DNA from: a virus
Lineage: Duplodnaviria; Caudoviricetes
Virus record (IMG/VR): IMGVR_UViG_3300011008_000071
Coordinates: 32,001-96,000 of that record
Direction: 5' to 3' (one strand)
DNA length: 64,000 bases
Positions 41,224-51,737 of the stretch are shown here, in pieces. Below the pieces are notes generated by a model. That model saw nothing but the letters and a program-made list of their open reading frames with translations, was not told the origin of the DNA and made no database searches. Every line of letters starts with the position of its first letter. Positions within the stretch are counted from its first letter, which is position 1. The position numbers and the translations under genes were made by a program.

Positions 41224-42873
41224 GTGGGAATGTTAAAAATGAAGGATGTATTTTCGCAAATGTATTTCAGTGATACACTCAAGATCAAGGTGTGTAGATC
41301 CGGCAACTATGTATACCCTGTACCGATGAAGAGTTCGTTACCGGACAAAGAATACCTGGCAACACTGGAGTACTGCAAGATCGGTATAGTAGACGAATAT
41401 ATGAATCATGTATACCTGAAACATGTGAATGATTCTGTATTTGAATATACTCCTGATAAGAGCGATCATGTTATTAGTGACATCAATCGTTGGAGGAATT
41501 CGATCAGCATTTCATTACGTCGTATATCCAGGCTTGTCGACCTTCATAAGGAACCCATGGAGTTCTATATGCAGTCGGATCACTACTCACTTCGGTTGTC
41601 ATTGATTGACGACCGTGTTGAAGGTAATTCCTTCATCGTACATATGTATCTGGCGGATGATGCGGATAAGTTCATCCAAATGTGTATGATTAGTATTGTC
41701 ACCGATAAGGAAAGAACGGCTGATGGAGCAGCAATCATGGTATATGGATCCAGTACAGCATATTTCATGTCTCCTGTACGAAAGACTGCTGAAAAGATAG
41801 CAAACGGTTACAAGTCTGCCACATTGAACGGATTGGTTGGTACTTATGAAACATATCTGATCGATTGCGTTCTCAATAAGCTCTACGAATGTATTTGGAA
41901 TAATGATAAGCAAACAATCGATTACACATATACTCCGATCGAGATGTGGATGTTCAAAATGATCATGAAAGATCTCGGGAATGAAACATGTACCCATCGG
42001 ATATTCACTTGGGCACATGAAGAGGATCTGTCCAAGGATCTCTTTCTGGATGACCAGGAGCTCCCTGAATACGCAATCATAAACACCGATAGCTTTCCAT
42101 TGGTCGATTTCTCGGAGAAGGAGTGGAAGTTCGTAGACGGTTTCTGTAAACGGAATAACCTCTTTGAAGATGCTCCAACAAACATACTTCCGTACTTTGC
42201 TCAGCCGAGATATGGTAAAGTATACAGAATGGACGTAAGTACATCCGATGACAAGAAAGTCCCGTTGACAATAACATTCAAACTCAATGAAGAAAAGCGG
42301 TATCTCAAAATGTACATCGTAGAAACTCTAGATGAAAATACATATGTGTACGCAACCGTTGACTGCTCTGATATTGATCAATACACCCATGAGAACTCTG
42401 TGCGACGTTTGAGCAAACATGTATTGTACACGAAACTCACAGCAATGAGACCAACTGTCCGGGAACTGATCCATGATTCGTCGCTGCTTCAATCCGGTAT
42501 TGATAATACATCCTCTCTAGTAGGAGAGATACTGAAACTGTTTGCAATCATGTATCATAGACCGGAACGTAGCAGAATGATCAAGTGTGTTCGGCATCAT
42601 GAAACTGTCAAACATACAAAGCACGGTATTAAGCGTGAGCAGAAAGAAACGATATGGCGAATTCTGAAACCAACCAAAGAGGCAAAAGAATATGTATCCC
42701 AAATGAGTTCAGGCAGTGCACATCGACAGGCGGAATACACTCTTGAAGAGTGGCCGCGTATTGGATACAGTTACACAACAAAGACCGGAAGAGTTGTATG
42801 GGTTCCTCCTACAACATGCAGACGGCATGAGGACCTCCTGAACAAAGACAAAGAAATCAAAATCAAATTATAA
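41224..42873 (+). CDS. Hypothetical protein
   Basis: 549-aa ORF; basic C-terminal GYSYTTKTGRVVWVPP segment. Confidence 0.75.
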   Translation: MGMLKMKDVFSQMYFSDTLKIKVCRSGNYVYPVPMKSSLPDKEYLATLEYCKIGIVDEYMNHVYLKHVNDSVFEYTPDKSDHVISDINRWRNSISISLRRISRLVDLHKEPMEFYMQSDHYSLRLSLIDDRVEGNSFIVHMYLADDADKFIQMCMISIVTDKERTADGAAIMVYGSSTAYFMSPVRKTAEKIANGYKSATLNGLVGTYETYLIDCVLNKLYECIWNNDKQTIDYTYTPIEMWMFKMIMKDLGNETCTHRIFTWAHEEDLSKDLFLDDQELPEYAIINTDSFPLVDFSEKEWKFVDGFCKRNNLFEDAPTNILPYFAQPRYGKVYRMDVSTSDDKKVPLTITFKLNEEKRYLKMYIVETLDENTYVYATVDCSDIDQYTHENSVRRLSKHVLYTKLTAMRPTVRELIHDSSLLQSGIDNTSSLVGEILKLFAIMYHRPERSRMIKCVRHHETVKHTKHGIKREQKETIWRILKPTKEAKEYVSQMSSGSAHRQAEYTLEEWPRIGYSYTTKTGRVVWVPPTTCRRHEDLLNKDKEIKIKL

Positions 42874-42877
42874 GATG

Positions 42878-42911
42878 AAAAGAAAAGGCGGATACGTCCG
42901 CCTTTTCTTTT
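42878..42911. terminator. Bidirectional Rho-independent terminator
   Basis: AAAAGAAAAGGCGGA-TACG-TCCGCCTTTTCTTTT. Confidence 0.75.
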
Positions 42912-42915
42912 GTGT

Positions 42916-43434
42916 TTAAATTACCTGATATGGGATGTTCATGGTGAATGCCGTGTTCGGTATTGGGGTTTCAAACTTCTTCCGCACAACCAGAATCACC
43001 TTTTCCCGTCTGATGACCTGATACGAGAAGTTGGTGAATTCCGTCTTGCGGAGCTTGACTGGGAATATTTTCACATTGATTGGAATTGTGTACTCAAATC
43101 CCTCGATCTTTAGATGGACTAGATCACCTGAATACATCTTCTCCGGGTCGATTGGAATCCAGTCATCGTTCATGATGCTAAAGTATGTGAACTTGTCTTT
43201 GTATGTCAAGTCTTTAGCAGGATCAAATGGCTGAAGTGTATCCTTGAATTCCGTTTCCATTAATGCTGCCCATAGATCAGGTTCAACTATAATTGCCACT
43301 GTACCATCATCCTTCTTTGGAATGATAATTGTCTGATTTTGGTATAATCTGGGTGATGATAGTTTAGACCGTTTCATGATATCATTAAATATCAATATGG
43401 AGTCTTTAATAGTGGGCTCTTTCGCTTTGGCCAT
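42916..43434 (-). CDS. Hypothetical protein
   Basis: 172-aa ORF, AGGAGG RBS. Confidence 0.7.
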   Translation of the reverse strand: MAKAKEPTIKDSILIFNDIMKRSKLSSPRLYQNQTIIIPKKDDGTVAIIVEPDLWAALMETEFKDTLQPFDPAKDLTYKDKFTYFSIMNDDWIPIDPEKMYSGDLVHLKIEGFEYTIPINVKIFPVKLRKTEFTNFSYQVIRREKVILVVRKKFETPIPNTAFTMNIPYQVI

Positions 43435-44189
43435 ATTTTGTTTCCTCCTATATTAAGCTTCTTTGGATTTATCCATGGTTCATTCTCCAGTAACCTATTA
43501 AGATAGTATTCTGTAGTCTTCTTTGATTCTTCCTCTCCATCCTTACCGGCAATAAGTCTGGTGCAGTGCAGTCCGAAATTGAAATGGAGTTCGTTTCCTG
43601 TTAAACCAAACACAGCCTGTTCAAGATCCATCAGTACTTCCGTTTCTCTCCAATTGATTTTCAGATAGTTTGATGATAGCTTATCTGCCAATAAGATGAT
43701 ATCGATGTATCTTGTAGTCTGTATAGGCAATGACTGATATACTTCCATTATTGGGCATGAATGAAACATTACTGGATACAGAATCTCCGGGTCCTTGATT
43801 CCGAACTCTTTGTACAGGAATATTCCTCCTGCTAGTGCATGATACTGAGCAGATGAATTGAAGTACTCATCCATGTTGAACTTCTCCAGTGTATCCAAAT
43901 TGTTTCTGACATACAGGGTTGTGGATGTAGGGATTGATATCCCTTTGTATTCCCGAGTCGTTTCAGTGAGCCCATGTTCTTTAAGTATGTCGTGTGCATA
44001 TGCAATATATGCCAGCTTATGTTCATCCAGTCTATAGCCCAATTTCCGATTTAATATCAGAGCATATTGTTTCACCAAATCGATGTGTGCCCGGTGATAC
44101 TCTGCATATTCCTTCTTGGGATCGGAATGGATGAAGTCATTTATTGCCAACAACGACCTCAATTCCAAATCCAACTTTTCATGTAACAT
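43392..44189 (-). CDS. HD-domain phosphohydrolase (YqeK-like)
   Basis: H...AHDILKE...HALAG...FHS...LADKL. Confidence 0.75.
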   Translation of the reverse strand: MLHEKLDLELRSLLAINDFIHSDPKKEYAEYHRAHIDLVKQYALILNRKLGYRLDEHKLAYIAYAHDILKEHGLTETTREYKGISIPTSTTLYVRNNLDTLEKFNMDEYFNSSAQYHALAGGIFLYKEFGIKDPEILYPVMFHSCPIMEVYQSLPIQTTRYIDIILLADKLSSNYLKINWRETEVLMDLEQAVFGLTGNELHFNFGLHCTRLIAGKDGEEESKKTTEYYLNRLLENEPWINPKKLNIGGNKIWPKRKSPLLKTPY

Positions 44190-44314
44190 ATATATTTCAT
44201 CCTTCCTTTCATAATGATTCATATTAATAATATATAATCGTATATGAAAGATTCAAATCGATATATTATTACATTGAGGGAAATCAAATGATAGCCGTAA
44301 AGGAGGTTAATATT

Positions 44315-44986
44315 ATGGCTAAAAAGACTAACAAAAACAACTTCGATATCTTCCAGATTATATTCTGGGGAGTATTAAGCATTGCAGTAATTGCAATCAT
44401 CGTTGGGGTGATCATCTTCACAGTTAATCAATTCAGAGAAATCGGGAATACCATTGAAGGGAACCCGACAACTACTGCGACCGAAGAGTCAACCACGACG
44501 ACAGCAGAATTCCCGACATGGAATGGCGAGGATCCTGGAGTTGCACTTGGCGCTGTAGATCTTACGAGATACACAGACAGACTTGTTGCTACACCTGATC
44601 TGAATTTCCAGATAGGAAACGAAACAATCAGAATCGGTAATGACATATTCCTGCACAAACTCCCTGGGATGTCCCAGGGAGTTTCCCTTCTTACATCTGT
44701 AGATGCATGGGATGATTATGTAGATGCAGAAGGACTTGGGAGATCATTCACCCATGCAGGAATGTTTGCTGTCAACTGCAAAGATGATTACATGATTGCT
44801 GGAACGGAAATTGGCAAACGCTACCTCATCGTCACAGAAGATGATATGTTCACAGTCAAGGTTGACAGAGAAGTCACAGATGAAGAAACTCATGCGGTAT
44901 CGAATATCAAATACATATATGAGATCGAAGAATCGTATGTCGAAGAAGAATACCCAAAGACAGATGGGCATGGGAATCTGATCTGA
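44315..44986 (+). CDS. Membrane-anchored protein with Thr-rich linker
   Basis: N-terminal TM helix IIFWGVLSIAVIAIIVGVIIF; TTTATEESTTTT. Confidence 0.75.
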   Translation: MAKKTNKNNFDIFQIIFWGVLSIAVIAIIVGVIIFTVNQFREIGNTIEGNPTTTATEESTTTTAEFPTWNGEDPGVALGAVDLTRYTDRLVATPDLNFQIGNETIRIGNDIFLHKLPGMSQGVSLLTSVDAWDDYVDAEGLGRSFTHAGMFAVNCKDDYMIAGTEIGKRYLIVTEDDMFTVKVDREVTDEETHAVSNIKYIYEIEESYVEEEYPKTDGHGNLI

Positions 44987-45101
44987 CCGTATATTCCATA
45001 CATATGGGCATATATTATTAATATGAGGATACGAGAAGAATGTATCTTGATGGAGAAATCAAACGTACAAATCCAACACACATTGACAGGAGGAATTATC
45101 T

Positions 45102-45374
45102 ATGAAAAAGGAAAGAAATCTCACAATGGAACTTCAGAAGGAAGGACTCAAGGCACTTAAGATTTACAACGGCATGCTCATTGGCAGCGCAGTTATGACA
45201 GTTGCAGGACTCGGCATCATGGGCTACATTGCAGTAAAGCAGAAACTCGGAGAGCTTGAGGATGACGGCCTGTGGGCTCCCAGCGACAGCTTCGCTGGCT
45301 GGATTCAGAAGCACAAGACTGAAAGCGACAACACAGACGAAAATACCGAAGACGATACACCTGACGAGGAGTAA
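45102..45374 (+). CDS. Small membrane protein with acidic tail
   Basis: One TM segment; AGGAGG RBS. Confidence 0.7.
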   Translation: MKKERNLTMELQKEGLKALKIYNGMLIGSAVMTVAGLGIMGYIAVKQKLGELEDDGLWAPSDSFAGWIQKHKTESDNTDENTEDDTPDEE

Positions 45375-45469
45375 TCCTCATTTGTGATTTCCCCATCAGA
45401 AGGAAGCGGCCCCTCAATGCCGCTTTCTTTTTGCCACTGAAATGTAATATTTACAGGAGGTGATCCGTA

Positions 45470-46006
45470 ATGGATTGGAATAGTATATTTTCGAGTGGCG
45501 TTATAACACCAATATTGGGTGCAATTGTCACAGTAATTGTGGGCTATCTAGGGTGGAGACTGAATAAAGTATCGAAGGCTGCCATGGCAAAGAATGTAAT
45601 GGCAGAGATGGAGAAGAAGAACGGAATCAGAAACCAAGTAATGGATCTGATATCGAAGAATGTCAAATCGGCTGTAGAGTCGAATATGCAGCTGGCTGAC
45701 AGTATGAAACAGGCCGGGCATAGCCTTGATCAGGATGAAATTAAGGCTCTTAACAATTCTGCCAAACAGATGGTTCTGAACAACCTTCCGTTGGAACTCA
45801 CGAACTCTGATGGTGTTCTGTGCGAGATCATAGGCGGTGTAGACAAATTGAATTCCATCATAGATACAATGATGGAGCAGTATGTCTACGAGATCAAGCT
45901 GGCGAAGCTCCAGCAGAAGCCCGATACAATTTCCCAATCACTCCAGGACTATATCAACGAGAAGTCCAATAAACCTAAGGTAACAATCAAGCCTACTAAG
46001 AAGTAG
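45470..46006 (+). CDS. Single-TM protein (possibly holin-like)
   Basis: N-terminal TM helix, helical soluble body, basic tail; holin role is only a guess. Confidence 0.6.
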   Translation: MDWNSIFSSGVITPILGAIVTVIVGYLGWRLNKVSKAAMAKNVMAEMEKKNGIRNQVMDLISKNVKSAVESNMQLADSMKQAGHSLDQDEIKALNNSAKQMVLNNLPLELTNSDGVLCEIIGGVDKLNSIIDTMMEQYVYEIKLAKLQQKPDTISQSLQDYINEKSNKPKVTIKPTKK

Positions 46007-46111
46007 TATTACAGGGACCCATCATGGGTCCCTGTAATTTCACGTATATATTATTAACTTAGGAGGATATGAGGGTAAATCTTCCAAAAATACAGAAAGG
46101 AATGATATAAC

Positions 46112-46744
46112 ATGGATGAATATCCAATACTTAAAGGAATATTCAAAGAGGGTACAGAAGTTCTTATACCTGAACTACATTACGAAAGCGGAGTAGTATT
46201 GGGTATCGTTGATAAACAATATTTGATTAAGCTTGATGATGATACTATACTGCTTCCTGAGTATTCGTTGGAGTTTGCAGATTTGCTTGATACGCCAATC
46301 GATACGGAGCTGATATATGAGGAATCTGATTTACTTGCTAAATCGAATTCAAGAAACAAATATAAATGGACACTCCCAGACGGAATTCCTATAATCGGGA
46401 AGCCAAAGCTTCCACATTTGATATTCTGTGTCGGGAGCGATGAAGGGCCCATTCCTCATGCTCATATATTTAGGACAAAGGAAGATAGTATTGCATGGTT
46501 CAATGGTGCATGTTTGATACTTAATAAGAATATGTATTTCGATCATGCTCATAATGATAAGTCATTGACTAATAGAGAATTGAATAGTGTCATTGCAAAG
46601 CTATCTCAATTGAGGAATGATACAAATCGAACATGGTGGGATGAAGTAATAGTTCAATGGAATAAAATCAACGATTTTAAAATTCCATCGAATCTTCCTA
46701 TGCCATCATGGAATGATGGACATATCAAGAGAATGCATGAGTAG
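46112..46744 (+). CDS. Hypothetical protein, PHxH paralog family member
   Basis: SDEGPIPHAHIFR...GACLIL...YFDH...TWWDEVIVQWN...MPSW. Confidence 0.75.
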   Translation: MDEYPILKGIFKEGTEVLIPELHYESGVVLGIVDKQYLIKLDDDTILLPEYSLEFADLLDTPIDTELIYEESDLLAKSNSRNKYKWTLPDGIPIIGKPKLPHLIFCVGSDEGPIPHAHIFRTKEDSIAWFNGACLILNKNMYFDHAHNDKSLTNRELNSVIAKLSQLRNDTNRTWWDEVIVQWNKINDFKIPSNLPMPSWNDGHIKRMHE

Positions 46745-46754
46745 GAGGTATATT

Positions 46755-47426
46755 ATGGGTAGACCAGAATATCCAGACGGGACCAGAGTTTACAATATTG
46801 ACACTGATGAATTTGGGCATATACTATCATCACGTCATATGATATCATGGAGAAAATGTAATTGTCATGACCCGTATATTTATAAGATACAATACGGCAA
46901 TCATGTATCTGCAAGTAAAGGTTCTGCTCATTTATGTTCAGGAGAAATACGACCAGATGATCCAAAAGAACTTGCAGTCGGCAGACGATTTACTGAACGA
47001 ACGGTGAGATTCTTTAAAGGAACTGCAGGCTATTTAAATGTATTTCCATTCATCGTTGAATCCACTGGACATGAATTATGGTTTGATGTTGAATGGCCAT
47101 GCTCCGGACAAACACCGCATCTCCATGTATGGAGAAATGAAACCGATGCCCGCAATTGGGCAAATGGCTTTTCATTGTTGCTGAACTCCAATACATCATA
47201 TGAACATGACTTGTCGACGATTAATGGGACATCTCAAGAAGAACTTGATACAATTACAAACGCTTTCAATACAAAACTGATATCGGATGATGTATCTATT
47301 CAGACGTTATGGGAACGATTTATGAATGATTTAGCCGAAGCCGGCGAAGAGTATACTAAGTACAAAGATTATATATCCCCTCCATTGTATGATCTCAGTA
47401 CTATGGATAAGGTGTATACCCTATAA
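46755..47426 (+). CDS. Hypothetical protein, PHxH paralog family member
   Basis: TPHLHVWRN...NWANGFSLLL...TLWERF...PPLYD; AGGAGG RBS before 46755. Confidence 0.7.
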   Translation: MGRPEYPDGTRVYNIDTDEFGHILSSRHMISWRKCNCHDPYIYKIQYGNHVSASKGSAHLCSGEIRPDDPKELAVGRRFTERTVRFFKGTAGYLNVFPFIVESTGHELWFDVEWPCSGQTPHLHVWRNETDARNWANGFSLLLNSNTSYEHDLSTINGTSQEELDTITNAFNTKLISDDVSIQTLWERFMNDLAEAGEEYTKYKDYISPPLYDLSTMDKVYTL

Positions 47427-47433
47427 TATCAAC

Positions 47434-47466
47434 AAAGAAAAGGGTGGATCTCCACCCTTTTCTTTT
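47434..47466 (+). terminator. Rho-independent terminator
   Basis: AAAGAAAAGGGTGGATCTCCACCCTTTTCTTTT. Confidence 0.75.
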
Positions 47467-47509
47467 GTATTTGACCTACCGGATTTATAATCTTTACTAA
47501 GAAAAGGAG

Positions 47510-48938
47510 ATGGAAAGTATGAAGATATCCATACTTGATGTCGACCGACTTATCGAGGTTAATAAGCTGGAAGAGGTCACTTCACAACATCTGTTTTCAA
47601 ACAAGATGATGTATGACCCTCAGGGGATATTATCCACCGATATTTTCGGTATCTCAAAGAATGACAGACGGACTACGTTTGCATATATTAGCCTGAAGAA
47701 GAAATTCATTCATCCTCACATATACACCAAGGTGTTGAAGCCTATGTTCAAAAACATCGTGTATATCGTTGCTGGGCAGAAGCGGTATGTCATCGAGAAC
47801 GGATGGTTCAAAGAGGACAAGGATAATGGATGGACTGGGCTGGTTTCTTTGTATGATCATTGGAATGAGATTGACTGGTCTCAGAAACGTTCCGAAAATA
47901 AGATCAATAAGGAACTTCTTACCATACTAACCAGAGATCAGATATTCCTTGATAAGATCATCATTGTTCCCCCGGCATATCGTGACGTAATGTTGGCTGG
48001 AACAGTTGATGCTTCGGATCACGTATCAGAATTGAATGAAATGTATCAAAAGTTAATACGTGCTGTGTCAATGATACAGGAAGGCGGATTATTTGCCAGG
48101 ACCCAGTATGGGGCCCAGCTCAAGATACAGAATCTGCTATGTGATATTTCAAAATTCTTCTCAGATCAGATATCGAAGAAGACCGGGTTGATCCGTAAGT
48201 ATCTAATGGGTAAATCCGTTGATTACGGTACCCGTGTCGTCATCAGTGCTCCTACATACAACTTTGATCGCTTCGGAGATAATATGATTGATGTAGAACA
48301 CACGGCAATCCCCATTGAGATATGCTGCTCCACGTTCTATCCATTCATAGAAGCATGGTTGAAGAACTTCTTCACCAAGGAAATCGTGAATGATCCAAAC
48401 ATGTTTACTTTCTATGATATTGAAAATAAGAGAGAATTCACAGGAGTCATCAAAGACGTAGATATCCAGTTCTCTGAGAAGAATATCAGGAAGGTGATCA
48501 ATGATTACTGTCTGAATCCGGATAACCGATTCAAGATGATTACGCTGGAAGTCATTGCTCCTGGAGCAACGCCAAAGGAGAATAAGACTCTGAAGGCAAA
48601 TCTGGTATTGAAAGGAAATGTTCTTCTTCCTAACAATATCAGGCAAGTCCTGAATCGAGGAATGACCATTACGGACCTGCTGTATCTGGCATGTGTGGAT
48701 GTCTGTGAAAAGAGACACGTAATGGTATCCAGATATCCTGTCGGTACAGATAAGGGAATATACTTCTCGAAGATCAGAGTTCAATCCACTCCAAATCATA
48801 TCCGTCTAACATTCAATGGAAAAGATTATCCGTATTATCCGGATATAAATCTAAAAACACCAATTGATCAAGTTGGTGTGCAATTCATAGATACTTTAGT
48901 TCCATCCAATTCACACTTGGATGGTATGGGGGCCGATT
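47510..48938 (+). CDS. Phage multisubunit RNA polymerase beta'-like subunit, exon 1
   Basis: GILSTDIFG, PPAYRD, KTGLIRKYLMGKSVDYGTRVVI, RYP, GMGADY (first half of catalytic DxDGD). Confidence 0.9.
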
Positions 48939-50240
48939 ATATCTCCATGTCATGGTCGGCTAGAATAGCAATATTCTACAAGAATAATCTGGTGAACGCC
49001 TAACAAGCGGTGTCGTATATTTACGGCTAACGGTAAGAGTTATATAAGCTGGGTCAGGAATACCCCACCTGACTAATCAACAGACGAATACGCTCTCTGA
49101 GAGATTCTAAGGTCCATATTATGGATAGCTTGATAATACCGTGCGAAGACTCGATATTTGAGTAACGTGTAGAGACTAATTAGTAGGGCTATGGTGGAAC
49201 GCTATAGTTCGAAGTGCCAGACTCCTGATCACATCAGGATGAAGAGATAGTCCACATATTTATCATTTTTGATCGATTATGTATTCTAGAGGTTTCATTA
49301 ATTCAAAATCAGAAAAGTGAATCGATTTGGCGCCATTAGATATATAATCGGATACTTTATCGTATATTTCTTTATAACTGGCTTTAGATTTATTACTATG
49401 ACGATCGTCTTTAGCCAAGCCGTCTCCAAAAACATTCGTTTCTAGAATATACTGGCGTTTATCTTTATCAACATAGAATAGATACCAGCCCTTATACGGT
49501 CTTCCTTTACGAACAGAATTTTTGATCATATCCTTGCTAGAGGATATAAAATCCCCGAATAATTTCATAGAATCAGAATATAACATTTGCTTTGTATTAA
49601 TATTAATACAAAAAATTTGTTCTGAACGCAATAATTTTTCTTCCTGACTCAAGGATCTGCCAATAGTATTCGATGGCGGAATTGCTTTATATTGGTTATA
49701 TCCGTTCTTGACAGAATTGTATAATTTTATAAAGTAATTTTCCGCATGGGTATGTGTCCATCGAGTTGTTTCTGCAATAGGATACATAATGAAGTTTTCA
49801 ATTCCGTCTACAACCATTGCTCTGATGACAGGTCTTAACGTATTTAAGAGGTCTGGGAACGCATTGATCATACGGGTATCTCTATTATATTCATATATAT
49901 ACTGAGACGCTCGTTTGTGCAGGGAACAATATACGGTCGGTCTAGATATCCCAACCCATACTGAGTGTGTTGACCCGATATATTTCTTACCATTCTTCTT
50001 ATTCTCAATGCAGTAAATATATCCATATGGGATCATATCTTCTTTTAATCGAAATTCTTTCGGGATTTCCTTAATAACTAGGAAATTATTCATAATATCT
50101 CGATTTCTAGCTAAATTCTGTTCTGTCATAATACAGTACCTCCAGTGAAATTGTTATGAGATTTATTTGATCTCTATAAGTATTGTTATATGAAAAATAA
50201 AAGAAATATACGGAAGTAAAATCAGAAAGCATCTAATGAG
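48939..50240 (+). mobile_element. Group I intron inserted in the DYDGD catalytic motif of beta'
   Basis: P1 GCCGAUU/GGUCGGC with U.G; P10 GUCAU pairs with exon-2 AUGAC; R GUAGAGACUA (~49169); S AAGAGAUAGUCC (~49242); terminal G at 50240; splicing gives GAT T|AT GAC GGG GAT. Confidence 0.92.
49263..50129 (-). CDS. GIY-YIG homing endonuclease encoded antisense within the intron
   Basis: YGYIYCIENKKNGKKYIGST...R...E...GYN; GGAGG RBS; lies 3' of the intron S element. Confidence 0.88.
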   Translation of the reverse strand: MTEQNLARNRDIMNNFLVIKEIPKEFRLKEDMIPYGYIYCIENKKNGKKYIGSTHSVWVGISRPTVYCSLHKRASQYIYEYNRDTRMINAFPDLLNTLRPVIRAMVVDGIENFIMYPIAETTRWTHTHAENYFIKLYNSVKNGYNQYKAIPPSNTIGRSLSQEEKLLRSEQIFCININTKQMLYSDSMKLFGDFISSSKDMIKNSVRKGRPYKGWYLFYVDKDKRQYILETNVFGDGLAKDDRHSNKSKASYKEIYDKVSDYISNGAKSIHFSDFELMKPLEYIIDQK

Positions 50241-51643
50241 ATGACGGGGATCAGATCTCTTGCAGAGCTTTGTGGAGTGATGAAGCAAATCTCGAAGCAG
50301 AGAAGATCATGAATAGTAAGATGAGTGCATTGAATATTACAGGTACGAACAGTAAAGTTGTTGCCAAAGAAGTATTCAACTCAATGTATGAGCTTACTAA
50401 GATAGGAAATACAAAAGCAAAAACGGTTCCGGATAAATTAATCCGGGAGATAGTCGCGATACCTGCAAACGACATTACCAGAACAATGCTGGTTGAATGG
50501 TTCGCAGATACCGTTTCAGCAACCAGTGGCAATACCCACCCGACAGGAAAACCCAGACCGAATTTCAACACATGGGATACTGTTGAAATAGGTGAAAATG
50601 CATTCTATGAAGGACAGCCTAAAATGACTACAACATTCGGCCGTTTGATATTCAACAAGTTCGTTCTCAGTTCCTGCGGGATACTTGGGCTGATTCCATT
50701 TGTGAATGACACTGTTGCCAAAAAGCAAATGGGAGATATTGATGATCAGGTAGCAACACTGTATATGACAGATAAGATTACCAGAGCACAGTTTAACTCA
50801 TATCTAGATCATCGTGATACGTTAGGTTACTGGCTCAATGGTATGCTTGCCCACACTATCTCTGAAAGAATGGCTAAGCCTCTTAAGGAGATAGAGCAGA
50901 AGAAGGCAGAACTGTGCCAGAAATATGCCAAGGAGATCGAAGAGAAGAATATCGATGTCATGACCAAGATATCTGATGAATTGGTTGCATATGCCAAGGA
51001 AGTTCTGAAGGATGATCCAGGTATGGATCTGTATCTTTCTGGTGACTTGGACTTCGGTAACAACTACAAGAACAACTCGATCTTGAAGGGTGCCGTAATG
51101 AATAAGATCACAGGTGAGTTCGACTTCATCGAAACATCCTTCATGGATGGTATTGATGTCAAGGACATACCGGCTCATGCCAACTCTATTCTGGCGTCGC
51201 AGTATCCTGCTTCCATAGCAACGGCTGATGCCGGCTATATGGGCAAACGTCTCATGGCATTACTGCAGATGATGGATGTTGATGTGGACGGAACCGACTG
51301 TCATACCAAGAATCTTATCCCAATTACAATTACCAAAACCAACATGAAGAATCTGTTGTATAGATACTTCAAAGAGGATGGTGTGGAGAAGCTTACCACA
51401 CCTGAGAATATCAAAGGCTATCTCGGTAAGACATTGATGTTCCGCAGTCCCATGTCGTGTCTTGGAGATAAGATATGCTCGAAGTGTGCAGGCAAGCTGT
51501 TCTATATGTTAGGAGTAACACATGCAGGATTATTCGCGTCACAGATATCCCATGCTGCTCTGAATCTTGGACTAAAAGCAAAACATAATTCCGTTGTTGA
51601 ACTCTACAACCTGGATCCTGATAACATCATCAAACCTCTCTAA
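50241..51643 (+). CDS. RNA polymerase beta'-like subunit, exon 2
   Basis: DGDQ; TTFGR; bridge helix TADAGYMGKRL; Zn site DC...RSPMSC...ICSKC; trigger-loop-like C-terminus; spliced product 943 aa. Confidence 0.9.
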
Positions 51644-51737
51644 TATTTTTGAATATATATTCTTCTATTGAATCGAATATAATTCTATTCAATCCTAACA
51701 TAGTTCATTAACACTCGTAACAAAGGAGGAAGTTTAC

